Positions 19,814 through 29,223 of a stretch of DNA of 64,000 nt are shown here, piece by piece; position 1 is the stretch's first letter, and the number at the start of each line of letters is the position of its first letter. Made by a program: the position numbers and the translations under genes. The stretch lies in assembly GCA_035542375.1 (NCBI GenBank), contig DATKLO010000101.1, positions 1,209 to 65,208 of the forward strand, given 5' to 3'. The notes beneath the pieces were generated by a model, which had not been told where the DNA came from, made no database searches, and saw nothing but the letters and a program-made list of their open reading frames with translations. The stretch is from Steroidobacteraceae bacterium (GTDB lineage Bacteria > Pseudomonadota > Gammaproteobacteria > Steroidobacterales > Steroidobacteraceae).

Positions 19814-21383
19814 TGAACAGCTCTCTCAGTGTGTGTCGAAGTATCTTGCCGCTGGTGTTGCGCGGAATCTGCGTGACGCAACGGAACACAGCCGGTGCCC
19901 GCTCGCGACCGAGGCGATCCGAGACGAAATTGGCGATGGCCTTGAGTTCGGGTCCGGTAGGCTGCCACCCCGCGCGCGGCACCAGTACCGCGGCGATGCT
20001 CTCGCCGCCGGCGGGCTGCGGCAGGCCGCAGACGGCCGCCTCGGCAATGTTGGCGTGTTGTTCGAGCACCGTCTCGATCTCCAGCGGATGGACGCGCTCG
20101 GTGCCCTGCGTCTTGATGAAATTCGAGCGCCGGCCCACGAGTGTGATCCGGCCATCCTGATGCTGTCGGACGATGTCGCCCGTGCGCAGCCAGCCGCCCG
20201 TGAAGCACTGCGCGGTGGCTTCCGGGTCGCCTAGATAGCCGCTCATGGGCCACTCCTGCCGGATCCGCAATTCTCCTGCAGTTCCGGCGGATACCGGCAG
20301 ACCTTCGGCATCCACGATACGGATCTCGCAGCCGGCCGGCCACCCCAGACTGGTGTCGGAGTGACTCCAGCCGGCGAGGCGCTGGCTCAGGCACAGGCCC
20401 ACCGACTCGGTCAGTCCGTAGTAGTTGATCACCGGGATGTGGAAGCGTTCGAAGAAGGCGCTGACCTCCGGGACGCTCAGATCCGTGCCCGTGCAGTACA
20501 TGGCGCGTGTTTCGGCCAGCAGCCCGGATGGAACGCGCTCACCGAGCAGATTGATCTGTCGCAGCAGCAGTGGCGCCGCGACGATTCGCTGCGGCCGCGC
20601 CTGCTGCAACAGCTCGAGTAGCGCGAAGATGTCGGTGCGCCGCGAACGCGGCGCGCACACCCAGTGCATCCCCGCCAGTGGCGCCGCCAGGAAAGCGTTA
20701 CGCAGACCACTCATGCTCTGTGGGTCGGGGAGGTTCAGGAGCCGCTCCCCGGCTGACCATTCGAAGGTACGCACTGCGAGAACGGCGCTGCGCACGAGTG
20801 CTCCGCGGCTCAGTACCACCGCCTTGGGCTCCGCAGTGGTCCCCGAGGTAAACAGACATGCCGCAGGGATGCCCGAGTCGAATTCCCGCGGCAAGGCAGC
20901 CCCGGTTTCAGACGCCGCCGCGGCGGTGCCGGCCGCGAGCGAGTCCATCTCGAATTGCAAGGTCGGCAGCGCCCCATCCAGCGCGTGCCAGCGAGCGCGC
21001 TCGCTCGCGTCGCCGACCACGAGCGCGCGCGGTCCGATCTTGCGAAGAGCGAGCCGACGCAGCGTCTCGGCCCACGAGGGATCGACAGGCACAAAGGCGG
21101 CACCCAGACGCACGCAAGCCCAGAAAGCGATGAATGCCGCGGGGCCTTGCTCGCCACAATGCATTACACGGTCGCCCGCGCACACGCCGCGGGCAACGAG
21201 CTGGCTGGCAGCCCGGTCGATGCTTTCGAGCAATCTGGCTCCGGCCAGTGTTGCGGATTCGCCTGCCGTGGACAGCACGAACTCCGGGCCCGCCGAGCCT
21301 CCCGCGAATAGGGGACCGAGCATGATGCGGCTTCGAGCTCCTTGAGCGCACCGTTGTGATTCTTGTGGGGGCGATAGTAGCAA
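19806..21383 (-). CDS. Adenylate-forming enzyme (AMP-binding), stand-alone
   Basis: FTSGTTAEPKAV, YGLTES, GWLRTGD, GRRSNFIKTQGTERVHPLEIE, PRNTSGKILR. The start may instead be the internal ATG at 21323 (MLGPLF...). Confidence 0.85.
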   Translation of the reverse strand: MLLSPPQESQRCAQGARSRIMLGPLFAGGSAGPEFVLSTAGESATLAGARLLESIDRAASQLVARGVCAGDRVMHCGEQGPAAFIAFWACVRLGAAFVPVDPSWAETLRRLALRKIGPRALVVGDASERARWHALDGALPTLQFEMDSLAAGTAAAASETGAALPREFDSGIPAACLFTSGTTAEPKAVVLSRGALVRSAVLAVRTFEWSAGERLLNLPDPQSMSGLRNAFLAAPLAGMHWVCAPRSRRTDIFALLELLQQARPQRIVAAPLLLRQINLLGERVPSGLLAETRAMYCTGTDLSVPEVSAFFERFHIPVINYYGLTESVGLCLSQRLAGWSHSDTSLGWPAGCEIRIVDAEGLPVSAGTAGELRIRQEWPMSGYLGDPEATAQCFTGGWLRTGDIVRQHQDGRITLVGRRSNFIKTQGTERVHPLEIETVLEQHANIAEAAVCGLPQPAGGESIAAVLVPRAGWQPTGPELKAIANFVSDRLGRERAPAVFRCVTQIPRNTSGKILRHTLRELFNA

Positions 21384-21552
21384 CGCATCACCGGCCAGAT
21401 GCGTTTTGTTACCAAAATGCCTGCGGGCCGACAGCTTGCGTCAGGTCATGGGCTGCGGCCACCGCACCCGCCCCTCCTTCAGATATCTTTTCATTATCAA
21501 TTAGTTACCCGCGGAAAGCCGTTCTCCACGGGTCCGCGCCGCGCAGTCAGCT

Positions 21553-23856
21553 TCAGGTACCCGCCGCCTGCTCCCGGATGGGCAGGCGGCGGATGCGGCG
21601 GCCCGTCGCCGCAAAGATCGCATTGCAGATTGCCGGGGCGACCGGCGGTATACCCGGCTCGCCGACACCACCGAGGGGAACACTCCAGTCCGTGGCGGGA
21701 ACCAGATGCACACGGATATCGCGCGGCGCCGTATCCATGCGCGTCACACGGTACTGGTGGAAGTTGTCCTGTTGCGAGCGCCCCTTCTTGAACGTGATCT
21801 CGCCAAGCGTGGCCAGGCTCACTCCCATGACGACCGCCCCCTCGAGTTGCGAGCGCACCCGATCCGGGTTCACGCGCGGCCCACAGTCGAAGGCGACGTC
21901 GACGCGTGGAATCTGTAGATAGCCCTTGTCATTGACGGACACCTCCGCCACCACGGCCACGTAACTGAGGAAGCTGTAGTGGGCGGCGAGCCCGAGGCCG
22001 CTGCCCTTGGGCATGCCGCGGCCCCACTCGGCTTCGCGGCAGACCGTCTCGATCACGTTGCGCAACCTCCCGGTGTTGACCGGATAACGCTGCGGCGACT
22101 CGCCGTGGTTCCAGCCGTCGTGCTGGGAGGTTGGATCGATCATGCGCGGCGCGCCGATGAGATCGAGCAGGAAATCGCGGTGATCGCGACCCGCCGCGGC
22201 GGCCAGTTCGGCGACGAAGGACTGCACGGCGAACGCATGTGGCACGTTGGACACCGAACGGAACCAGCCGATGCGCGTATGCGCGATGGCCTCCGGGTTT
22301 TCGATCCGCAGGTTGGGGATGTCGTAGGGGAGATTGACCAGGCCCATCCCGAGCTCGAATGGCGCCTCGTGGCGCGGGTCGGGGGCGAAGATCGAGATGA
22401 TCGTGGGCGCGACACTGCGATGCAGCCACGCAGAGACTTTGCCCGAGGCGTCCAGGCCTGCCTGCAATCGCTCCACGGAAACCGTGTGGAAGAAATCGTG
22501 GTGCAGGTCATCGTCGCGAGTCCACGTCACTTTGACGGGTCGCCCGCCCATCTTCTGGGAAAGCAAAGCCGCTTCCGTGGCGAAGTCAGGTTTGGACTTG
22601 CGGCCAAATCCACCACCCAGCAGCGTGACGTGAACGGTGACCTGCTCGAACTTCAATCCGAGGTGCTTAGCGACATCTTCCCGTGTCACTTGCGGCGCCT
22701 GTGTTGGCGCCCAGACTTCGCAACGTCCGTCGACGATGCGCGCCACGGCTGCCGGGGGCTCCATCGTGGCATGGGCTATGTGCGGCAGGTAATACTCGGC
22801 CTCGACCTTGCGCACCGCCTTGCCGATGGCGCCGTCGAAATCACCGGCCTCCCGCACGACCTGACCGGGGTTGCGCGCCGCCCGTTCGAGCTCCGCGCGA
22901 TAGGTCTCGGAGTCGTACACCCCATGCTCGCCGTCATCCCAGCTGATCCTCAGGGCGTTGCGTCCCTTCATGGCCGCCCACGTGTCGCTGGCAATCACTG
23001 CGACACCCGCCAGCGGGTGAAACTGCGCTGCGGCCACCGGCGCCGGCATCTCCATGACCTCGACCACTCCGGGCACCTTGCGTGCCTCGGCCGCATCGAA
23101 ATGATTCACACGCCCCCCCAGCACGGGGGAGCGCGCGATGACGGCATACAACATGCCCTCGAACCAGGGATCGATGCCGTATTGCGCCTTGCCCGTGGCG
23201 ATATCGAGGCCATCGAGCAAACGGATGTTGTCGCGGCCGATGATCCGGAACTGTGCCGGCGACTTCAGCCGGACCGATTCCCGCGGCGGCACACGCAGTT
23301 TCGCCGCACGGCGCGCCAGAGCGCCAAATCCCAGTTTGCGGCCGCTCCTTTCATGTACCACTTCGTGGTTCACGGCCTTCACCTCACCCACCGCCACACC
23401 CCAGCTCGCAGCGGCAGCCTGCTCGAGCATGGTGCGCGCGGCGGCACCACAGCGCCTCATGGGATCGACGAAATGCCGGGTGCTGCGCGAGCCGTCCGTA
23501 TCCTGGTTGCCGTATTTCTCCTCGTCGGCCGGCGCCTGCTGGACGCGCACGCGACCCCAGTCAGCCTCCATCTCATCGGCCACGATCATCGGCATCCCGG
23601 TCCGCACGCCCTGCCCCATCTCCGAGCGATGCACGAGAATCGTCACCGTCCCGTCATCGGCTATGGCAATGAAGGCCAGCGGATCGTCGCGCCAGCCATG
23701 CGGCATGCCATCGGCTCCGTATTTCGGGGAGTCTTCTGCCTTTAGAACAGCGGGCACGGTAGCCACCAACACGAGCGCGCCCAGGCTGCGCAGGTGGGCC
23801 AGGAACTCACGCCGCGAGGGATCTGCCGGAAGCTGCGGTTCGATTCGTGCGTTCAT
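21553..23856 (-). CDS. Molybdopterin-binding large subunit of an aldehyde oxidase/xanthine dehydrogenase-family hydroxylase (IorB-like), Tat-exported
   Basis: I prefer the start [30 protein letters not shown] (twin-arginine-like), which gives an ATGA overlap with the 2Fe-2S subunit. The body is typical of the isoquinoline oxidoreductase beta / membrane aldehyde dehydrogenase family. Confidence 0.85.
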   Translation of the reverse strand: MNARIEPQLPADPSRREFLAHLRSLGALVLVATVPAVLKAEDSPKYGADGMPHGWRDDPLAFIAIADDGTVTILVHRSEMGQGVRTGMPMIVADEMEADWGRVRVQQAPADEEKYGNQDTDGSRSTRHFVDPMRRCGAAARTMLEQAAAASWGVAVGEVKAVNHEVVHERSGRKLGFGALARRAAKLRVPPRESVRLKSPAQFRIIGRDNIRLLDGLDIATGKAQYGIDPWFEGMLYAVIARSPVLGGRVNHFDAAEARKVPGVVEVMEMPAPVAAAQFHPLAGVAVIASDTWAAMKGRNALRISWDDGEHGVYDSETYRAELERAARNPGQVVREAGDFDGAIGKAVRKVEAEYYLPHIAHATMEPPAAVARIVDGRCEVWAPTQAPQVTREDVAKHLGLKFEQVTVHVTLLGGGFGRKSKPDFATEAALLSQKMGGRPVKVTWTRDDDLHHDFFHTVSVERLQAGLDASGKVSAWLHRSVAPTIISIFAPDPRHEAPFELGMGLVNLPYDIPNLRIENPEAIAHTRIGWFRSVSNVPHAFAVQSFVAELAAAAGRDHRDFLLDLIGAPRMIDPTSQHDGWNHGESPQRYPVNTGRLRNVIETVCREAEWGRGMPKGSGLGLAAHYSFLSYVAVVAEVSVNDKGYLQIPRVDVAFDCGPRVNPDRVRSQLEGAVVMGVSLATLGEITFKKGRSQQDNFHQYRVTRMDTAPRDIRVHLVPATDWSVPLGGVGEPGIPPVAPAICNAIFAATGRRIRRLPIREQAAGT

Positions 23857-24350
23857 GCCGGCGTCCCCTGACGGGCCGCCTGCTTGACGGCGGCGCGTAT
23901 GCGTGGATAGGTGCCGCAACGGCAGATGTTTCCCGACATCGCGGCGTCTATGTCCGCATCGGTCGGCGCAGGTGTTGCCGCGAGCAGCGCCGCGGCCGAC
24001 ATGATCTGTCCCGCCTGGCAGTAGCCGCACTGGGGCACATTGAGAGCTTGCCAGGCCTCCTGCAGCGCTTTGCCCTGCGCGCTCTCGCCCACACCTTCAA
24101 TCGTGGTGATCTTCTTTCCGGCCACGGACGAGACCGTGAGGACACAGGAGCGGACCGCCTGTCCGTCAACATGCACCGTGCAGGCGCCACACAGCGCCAT
24201 ACCGCATCCGTATTTCGTTCCCGTCATCCCAAGGTGATCGCGCAACACCCACAACAAAGGCGTGTCGTCCGTGGCGGTAACCGTCACGCTACGACCATTG
24301 ATGGAGAGTTCCACGGTGCCTTGCTCCCCGCGGCGCAGAAGCGCCGCCAC
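23853..24350 (-). CDS. (2Fe-2S)-binding small subunit of the Mo-hydroxylase (IorA-like)
   Basis: [16 protein letters not shown] and [10 protein letters not shown]...CRCGTYPRI cluster motifs. Confidence 0.9.
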   Translation of the reverse strand: MAALLRRGEQGTVELSINGRSVTVTATDDTPLLWVLRDHLGMTGTKYGCGMALCGACTVHVDGQAVRSCVLTVSSVAGKKITTIEGVGESAQGKALQEAWQALNVPQCGYCQAGQIMSAAALLAATPAPTDADIDAAMSGNICRCGTYPRIRAAVKQAARQGTPA

Positions 24351-24447
24351 AGTGTTCAGTCGGTATCGGTCCAGGGGTCGGTCGGTCGACCGTAAGAATG
24401 CTCGCCGTATACACTAGCCGTCAATTTCTTGCGCCGGATACCTCCTG

Positions 24448-26616
24448 ATGAATGCCATCCGTCCGTTCGTAGCGAGCGCGCTGTTAGCGTTTTCGCTCAC
24501 CCTGCACGCGGCATCGCCCACTTCGTTCACACTGGCGCAGATGCTCCAGTACACCTACCCCGACCAACTGGCTGCGGCCGAGAAAGCCGATGCGATGGCG
24601 TGGGTCGTCAATTCCAGGGGTGTGCGCAACGTCTGGGTCGCACGCGGACCGGATTTCGTGGCACGGCAGATCACGAAGTTCACGGACGATGATGGGCAGG
24701 AGATTACCCAGCTGACGTTCTCAGCCGACGGCGCACACCTGCTCTTCGTGCGCGGAGGCGACCACGGGGAGAACTGGCCCGCGGAAGGCAACCTGGAGCC
24801 GGATCCAGACTCCTCGCCTGCGCAGCCCTCCACGGCGATCTGGAGGGCGTCGTTCTCGGGCGATGCTCCCGTGAGGCTCGCCGAAGGCGATGCTCCGGCC
24901 ATTTCGTCGGCGGGTCAACTTGCGTATCTCAAGGACGGGCGGGTGTGGACAGTGCCGCTCGATGGTCAGGGCAACGCGGAGCAGCTCTTCTTCGACCGCG
25001 GCAAGGCTACCGATTTGAGGTGGTCGCCGGATGGCAAACATCTCGCGTTCGTTTCCCAACGCGGCGACCACGCCTTCATCGGCATCTTCAGCGCCACCGA
25101 CCAGCCGATCCGCTACCTGGCGCCATCCACCGGCATCGACAGCTCACCACGGTGGTCGGACGACGGAACCCGAATCGCCTTCGTGCGACGCCCGGGCGAG
25201 GGTGGACCTCCAGAATCCCTCCTGCAACAGATTCCGCATCCGTGGTCAATCTGGGTCGGCCAGGTCAGTGATGCCTCGGGCAAGCGCGTATGGCAGTCGC
25301 CGCAGACCCTGGCCGGGTCCTACCCTGACGTGGAAGGACAGGCCAATCTCCACTGGGGAGCGGGTGACCGTCTCGTATTCCTCGCGTACCTGGATGAGTG
25401 GCCCCATCTGTATTCGATACCTGCGACGGGTGGTTCACCTACGTTGCTGACGCCCGGCCCCTTCATGGTCGAGCACGTCACGCAGAGCCGCGACCGACGC
25501 TACATGATCTACGATGCCAACACCGGCACCTCCGCCGGAGATCACGACCGGCGGCACCTGTTTCGGGTTGCGGTGGATTCACCAGGTCCCGTGGCGATCA
25601 CATCCGGAGACACGCTCGAGTGGACTCCGGTGACGGCAGCCAGCGATCGGATTGCATTCATTTCCGCAGGAGCGCAGCAGCCACCGGTGGTCGCGACGAT
25701 TCACCTGGATGGCACGCAGCGCAAACCGGCCGATGCCCACGAGCGTGGCGGCGATTTTCCCAGCAGTCAGCTCATCGTGCCTCAGCCGGTGACGTTCCAG
25801 GCCACCGACGGCGTCCAGGTACATGGGCAGCTGTTCCAGCGAACCGACCCGAAATCGCTCAAGAGGGGTGTCAGGCAGCCGGCAGTGATTTTCGTGCACG
25901 GCGGCCCGCCACGGCAGATGCTCCTTGGCTGGCATTACATGGGCTACTACAGCAACGCCTATGCGGTGAACCAATACCTCGCCAACCATGGGTTCGTCGT
26001 GTTGTCCGTCAACTACCGGCTCGGCATCGGTTACGGACGCGCCTTCCATCAACCCGATCACGCCGGTCTGGCCGGAGCTGCCGAGTACCAGGACGTGCTG
26101 GCGGGGGCCCGCTACCTCCAATCGCTACCGGGAGTCGATCCTGCCCGGATCGGGATCTGGGGTGGTTCATACGGCGGCTACCTCACGGCACTGGCGCTCG
26201 CTCGCAACTCCGACGTTTTCAAGGCGGGAGCCGATCTGCATGGCGTGCACGACTGGTCGCAGCTGCTGGAGCTGTGGGCCGGCAAGCCTTCGTCCGGCTA
26301 CGAGAAAGGGGACCGCGAGGCCGCCGTCAGGATGGCCTGGAGCTCCTCACCCGTGGCGTCCATTGACAGCTGGAAGTCACCCGTGCTGCTCATTCATGGC
26401 GACGATGATCGCAATGTTCCCTTCCAGCAGACCGTGGATCTGACCCGACGACTGCAGGCTGCCGGAGTCCAGTACGCAGAACTGATCCTGCCCAACGAGA
26501 TCCACGACTTCCTGCGCCACGCCTCCTGGCTGCAGGTGGACGGCGCCGTCGTGGACTACTTTGTGGGTGCTTTCAGCGTGCCGCAGTCCGGCGCCCCCCA
26601 GTCGAGGACTCGCTAG
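24448..26616 (+). CDS. S9 family peptidase, secreted, with a beta-propeller N-domain
   Basis: Signal peptide MNAIRPFVASALLAFSLTLHA, GGSYGG nucleophile elbow, HGDDDRNVP region. Confidence 0.9.
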   Translation: MNAIRPFVASALLAFSLTLHAASPTSFTLAQMLQYTYPDQLAAAEKADAMAWVVNSRGVRNVWVARGPDFVARQITKFTDDDGQEITQLTFSADGAHLLFVRGGDHGENWPAEGNLEPDPDSSPAQPSTAIWRASFSGDAPVRLAEGDAPAISSAGQLAYLKDGRVWTVPLDGQGNAEQLFFDRGKATDLRWSPDGKHLAFVSQRGDHAFIGIFSATDQPIRYLAPSTGIDSSPRWSDDGTRIAFVRRPGEGGPPESLLQQIPHPWSIWVGQVSDASGKRVWQSPQTLAGSYPDVEGQANLHWGAGDRLVFLAYLDEWPHLYSIPATGGSPTLLTPGPFMVEHVTQSRDRRYMIYDANTGTSAGDHDRRHLFRVAVDSPGPVAITSGDTLEWTPVTAASDRIAFISAGAQQPPVVATIHLDGTQRKPADAHERGGDFPSSQLIVPQPVTFQATDGVQVHGQLFQRTDPKSLKRGVRQPAVIFVHGGPPRQMLLGWHYMGYYSNAYAVNQYLANHGFVVLSVNYRLGIGYGRAFHQPDHAGLAGAAEYQDVLAGARYLQSLPGVDPARIGIWGGSYGGYLTALALARNSDVFKAGADLHGVHDWSQLLELWAGKPSSGYEKGDREAAVRMAWSSSPVASIDSWKSPVLLIHGDDDRNVPFQQTVDLTRRLQAAGVQYAELILPNEIHDFLRHASWLQVDGAVVDYFVGAFSVPQSGAPQSRTR

Positions 26617-27248
26617 CCGCCCAGTGCTTCGATCAGAGCCTGCGTGCCGAGGGTCCAGCCGAAGAACGACTCGACGTTGAAGATGGTGGCCTCCTGCGCG
26701 GCGGGGGGCCCCGCCGGCATGGCGGCATCCGTGACCAGGATCGGCCAGTACTCATTGAAGTACGCATCGCGCAGCGTCGATTCGACGCAAACGTTGGTGG
26801 CGATGCCCGTAAAAAAGAGATACCGGATGCCGCGCACCCGCAGGACGGAGTCCAGCGTGGTACCCGCGAATCCGCTGTAACGGGTCTTGAGAACGACCAC
26901 GTCGGCCGGCTGTGGGCTCAGCTCCCGCACGATCTCGAAGTCCCACGTCCCCTCCACCAGCAGCTTGCCGCGCAGTTCGGGTCTTGCCCGCATCAGACAC
27001 AGCGCGGTCTCCTTGCGTGGGTTGGGCGACAGATCGCCGCCGCCGTTGCTGAGGTCCGGTTTGTAGCCCGTCTGCAGGTAGACCACCGGTACCCGCCGGG
27101 CGCGCGCCGCCGTCAGGACTGAACCGATGGCGCGGACCACCGCCTGAGCACCCGAGATGTCGACTCCCGCCAGGTCGAGCAGACCGCCTTTGCTGGCGAA
27201 GGCGTTCTGCATGTCCACCACGACGATCGCGGACTGCTCGAAGTTCAT
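26613..27248 (-). CDS. rutB: Isochorismatase-family cysteine hydrolase, closely RutB-like (ureidoacrylate amidohydrolase type)
   Basis: The 211 aa from MNFEQSAIVVVDMQNAFASKGGLLDLAGVDIS...FTGIATNVCVESTLRD...FNVESFFGW match E. coli RutB as I recall it, block for block. The N-terminal extension of the track ORF (to 27614) looks non-coding. No other rut genes are adjacent. Confidence 0.75.
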   Translation of the reverse strand: MNFEQSAIVVVDMQNAFASKGGLLDLAGVDISGAQAVVRAIGSVLTAARARRVPVVYLQTGYKPDLSNGGGDLSPNPRKETALCLMRARPELRGKLLVEGTWDFEIVRELSPQPADVVVLKTRYSGFAGTTLDSVLRVRGIRYLFFTGIATNVCVESTLRDAYFNEYWPILVTDAAMPAGPPAAQEATIFNVESFFGWTLGTQALIEALGG

Positions 27249-27649
27249 CCCGAGGGGTTCGGGTCGTGTAGGCAGCGTGAGATCAGACAACGTAGGAACC
27301 GCCCTTGCTGACGTCAATACCCAACTGGCGGTGCCAGCCTGCGTTGACGCCGCTGCATGATTGCACGCGGGTGACCGGCTTCGCCAGCGCACCGCAGCGT
27401 AACCCCCGCGCCGCCCTGCCCGGCTGATTTTGAATACATTCGAGCCTGCGCGGCACCTGCTGCTTGCGCGCGCCACCGCACGGTGCAACCATCGCGCCAC
27501 AGCGAAACTGTTACCCGCATCCGGCGCCAGGAGTGTCACGCCGCCTGCAGCAGCAGGCCGGCATCCCGCGCTACCGGCTGTCCGGGCGAACAATGAGCTG
27601 ATGCTTGCCTTCACTTCCGCAATACAACCAACTCGAAGGGGATAAGGTC

Positions 27650-28108
27650 ATGCGCTCAACTCTGAAACTCATCGCACTCTCGCTGGCACTGGCCCTGGGC
27701 TCCGGGGCCGCACTCGCCGATCTGACGCCCTACAAGGACTACACGATCAGCGATGCGGTCTGGTCGGTCACCACGATCAAGGTGCACTCCAACATGGAGG
27801 ATGCCTACCTGGAGGGTCTCAAGCAGACCTGGGTCGCCTCCAACGAGGTGGCGAAGAAGCTCGGCCAGATCGAGGACTACCACATCTATCGCAGCGACCT
27901 GCCCGACAGCGGCAGCTTCAACCTGCTGCTGGTCGTGCGCTTCAAGAACAATGAAATGCTGGCGCCCAACAAGGCGCGCTATGACGCGTTCATGAAGGAG
28001 TGGGGCGCCGAGCGCGACAAGAAGACCACCGAGACCGCGCAGAAGGAGTATCCGGCGATGCGCGACATCGTCGGCGAATACCAGGTCCGCGAAATCATCC
28101 TGAAGTAG
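27650..28108 (+). CDS. Secreted hypothetical protein (152 aa)
   Basis: The internal ATG is preceded by AAGGGGA. Signal peptide MRSTLKLIALSLALALGSGAALA. No family recognised. Confidence 0.6.
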   Translation: MRSTLKLIALSLALALGSGAALADLTPYKDYTISDAVWSVTTIKVHSNMEDAYLEGLKQTWVASNEVAKKLGQIEDYHIYRSDLPDSGSFNLLLVVRFKNNEMLAPNKARYDAFMKEWGAERDKKTTETAQKEYPAMRDIVGEYQVREIILK

Positions 28109-28169
28109 CCCTCAGGCCACCGGTGGGCGCGCCGTCACGACGGCGCGCCCCATTGGATTCCCTCCCAGC

Positions 28170-29201
28170 ATGCTGTTCGAACAGATCGCAGCCGGCGGCT
28201 GCCGCTCCTATCTCATCGGTTGCGCGGAAAGCTGCGCGGCCGCGGTGGTCGATCCTGAGTTGAGCCAGGTCGATCGTTATCTGGCGCTCGCGGCCCGCGA
28301 CGGGCTGCGCATCCACTACGCCATCGACACTCACACGCACGCGGACCACTTCTCCGCCACGCGCGAGGTAGCGCGTCGCCTGAATGTGCCGATCGCCATG
28401 CATCAGGCGAGTCCCGCCCCGTTCGTGAACATGCGCCTTGGGGACGGCGAGTCCATCGTGCTGGGCAAGCTGCGCATCCAGATCATGCACACGCCCGGAC
28501 ACACTCGTGACTCGATGTGCCTGCGCGTCGGCAACCGTCTTTTCACCGGCGACACGCTTCTCATCGGCGCCACTGGAAGAACGGACTTGCCGACGGGAGA
28601 TCCCGAGGCGTTGTACGACAGCCTGTTCAATCGCGTCCTCAAGCTCGATCCCGAGCTGGAGGTATACCCGGCTCACGAGTACAAGAACCGCGACCACACC
28701 ACGCTGGCCCAGGAGATCGCGACCAATCCACGACTGCAGAAACGTGACAGAAGCGAGTTCGTCGAGATGATGCGCAACCTGAACCTGTCCATGCCCACGC
28801 ATCTGACGGAGGCCCTGCGCACCAATCTGTCCGGCGGCAAGACCATCAACGAGCTGCTGGCCGAGGCCACGGCCATCGTGCCCTTCATGTCGCTCGGAGA
28901 ACTCAAGAGTCGCATCGATGCGCAAGACCAGGACCTGGTGGTGCTCGATGTCCGCGAGCGCGACGCCTTCGTAGCCGGGCACGTGCCCGGCGCGCGCCTT
29001 CTGCCACGGGGCCAGCTGGAACTTCGGGTCAACGAGGAACTGCCCGACCCGACCGTGCGGATCCTCACCGTCTGCGAGTTTGGACGAGTCTCCACACTGG
29101 CCGCCGCTACATTGCGTCAGATCGGCTTCCAGCGGGCCATTGCGCTGGACGGTGGCATGAAGGCGTGGCGAGAAGCCGGCTATCCGCTCGTGACCGGTTG
29201 A
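28170..29201 (+). CDS. MBL-fold persulfide dioxygenase (ETHE1-like) fused to a rhodanese domain
   Basis: DTHTHADH, TPGHTRDS, FTGDTLLIGATGRTDLPTGD, then a C-terminal rhodanese domain with the CEFGRVS active-site loop. Confidence 0.85.
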   Translation: MLFEQIAAGGCRSYLIGCAESCAAAVVDPELSQVDRYLALAARDGLRIHYAIDTHTHADHFSATREVARRLNVPIAMHQASPAPFVNMRLGDGESIVLGKLRIQIMHTPGHTRDSMCLRVGNRLFTGDTLLIGATGRTDLPTGDPEALYDSLFNRVLKLDPELEVYPAHEYKNRDHTTLAQEIATNPRLQKRDRSEFVEMMRNLNLSMPTHLTEALRTNLSGGKTINELLAEATAIVPFMSLGELKSRIDAQDQDLVVLDVRERDAFVAGHVPGARLLPRGQLELRVNEELPDPTVRILTVCEFGRVSTLAAATLRQIGFQRAIALDGGMKAWREAGYPLVTG

Positions 29202-29223
29202 CCGTGCCGATCGGGCTGACCGG

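Noticed and set aside
21979-23745. 588-aa + strand ORF
   Set aside because: It is antisense to the Mo-hydroxylase large subunit and has a biased composition.
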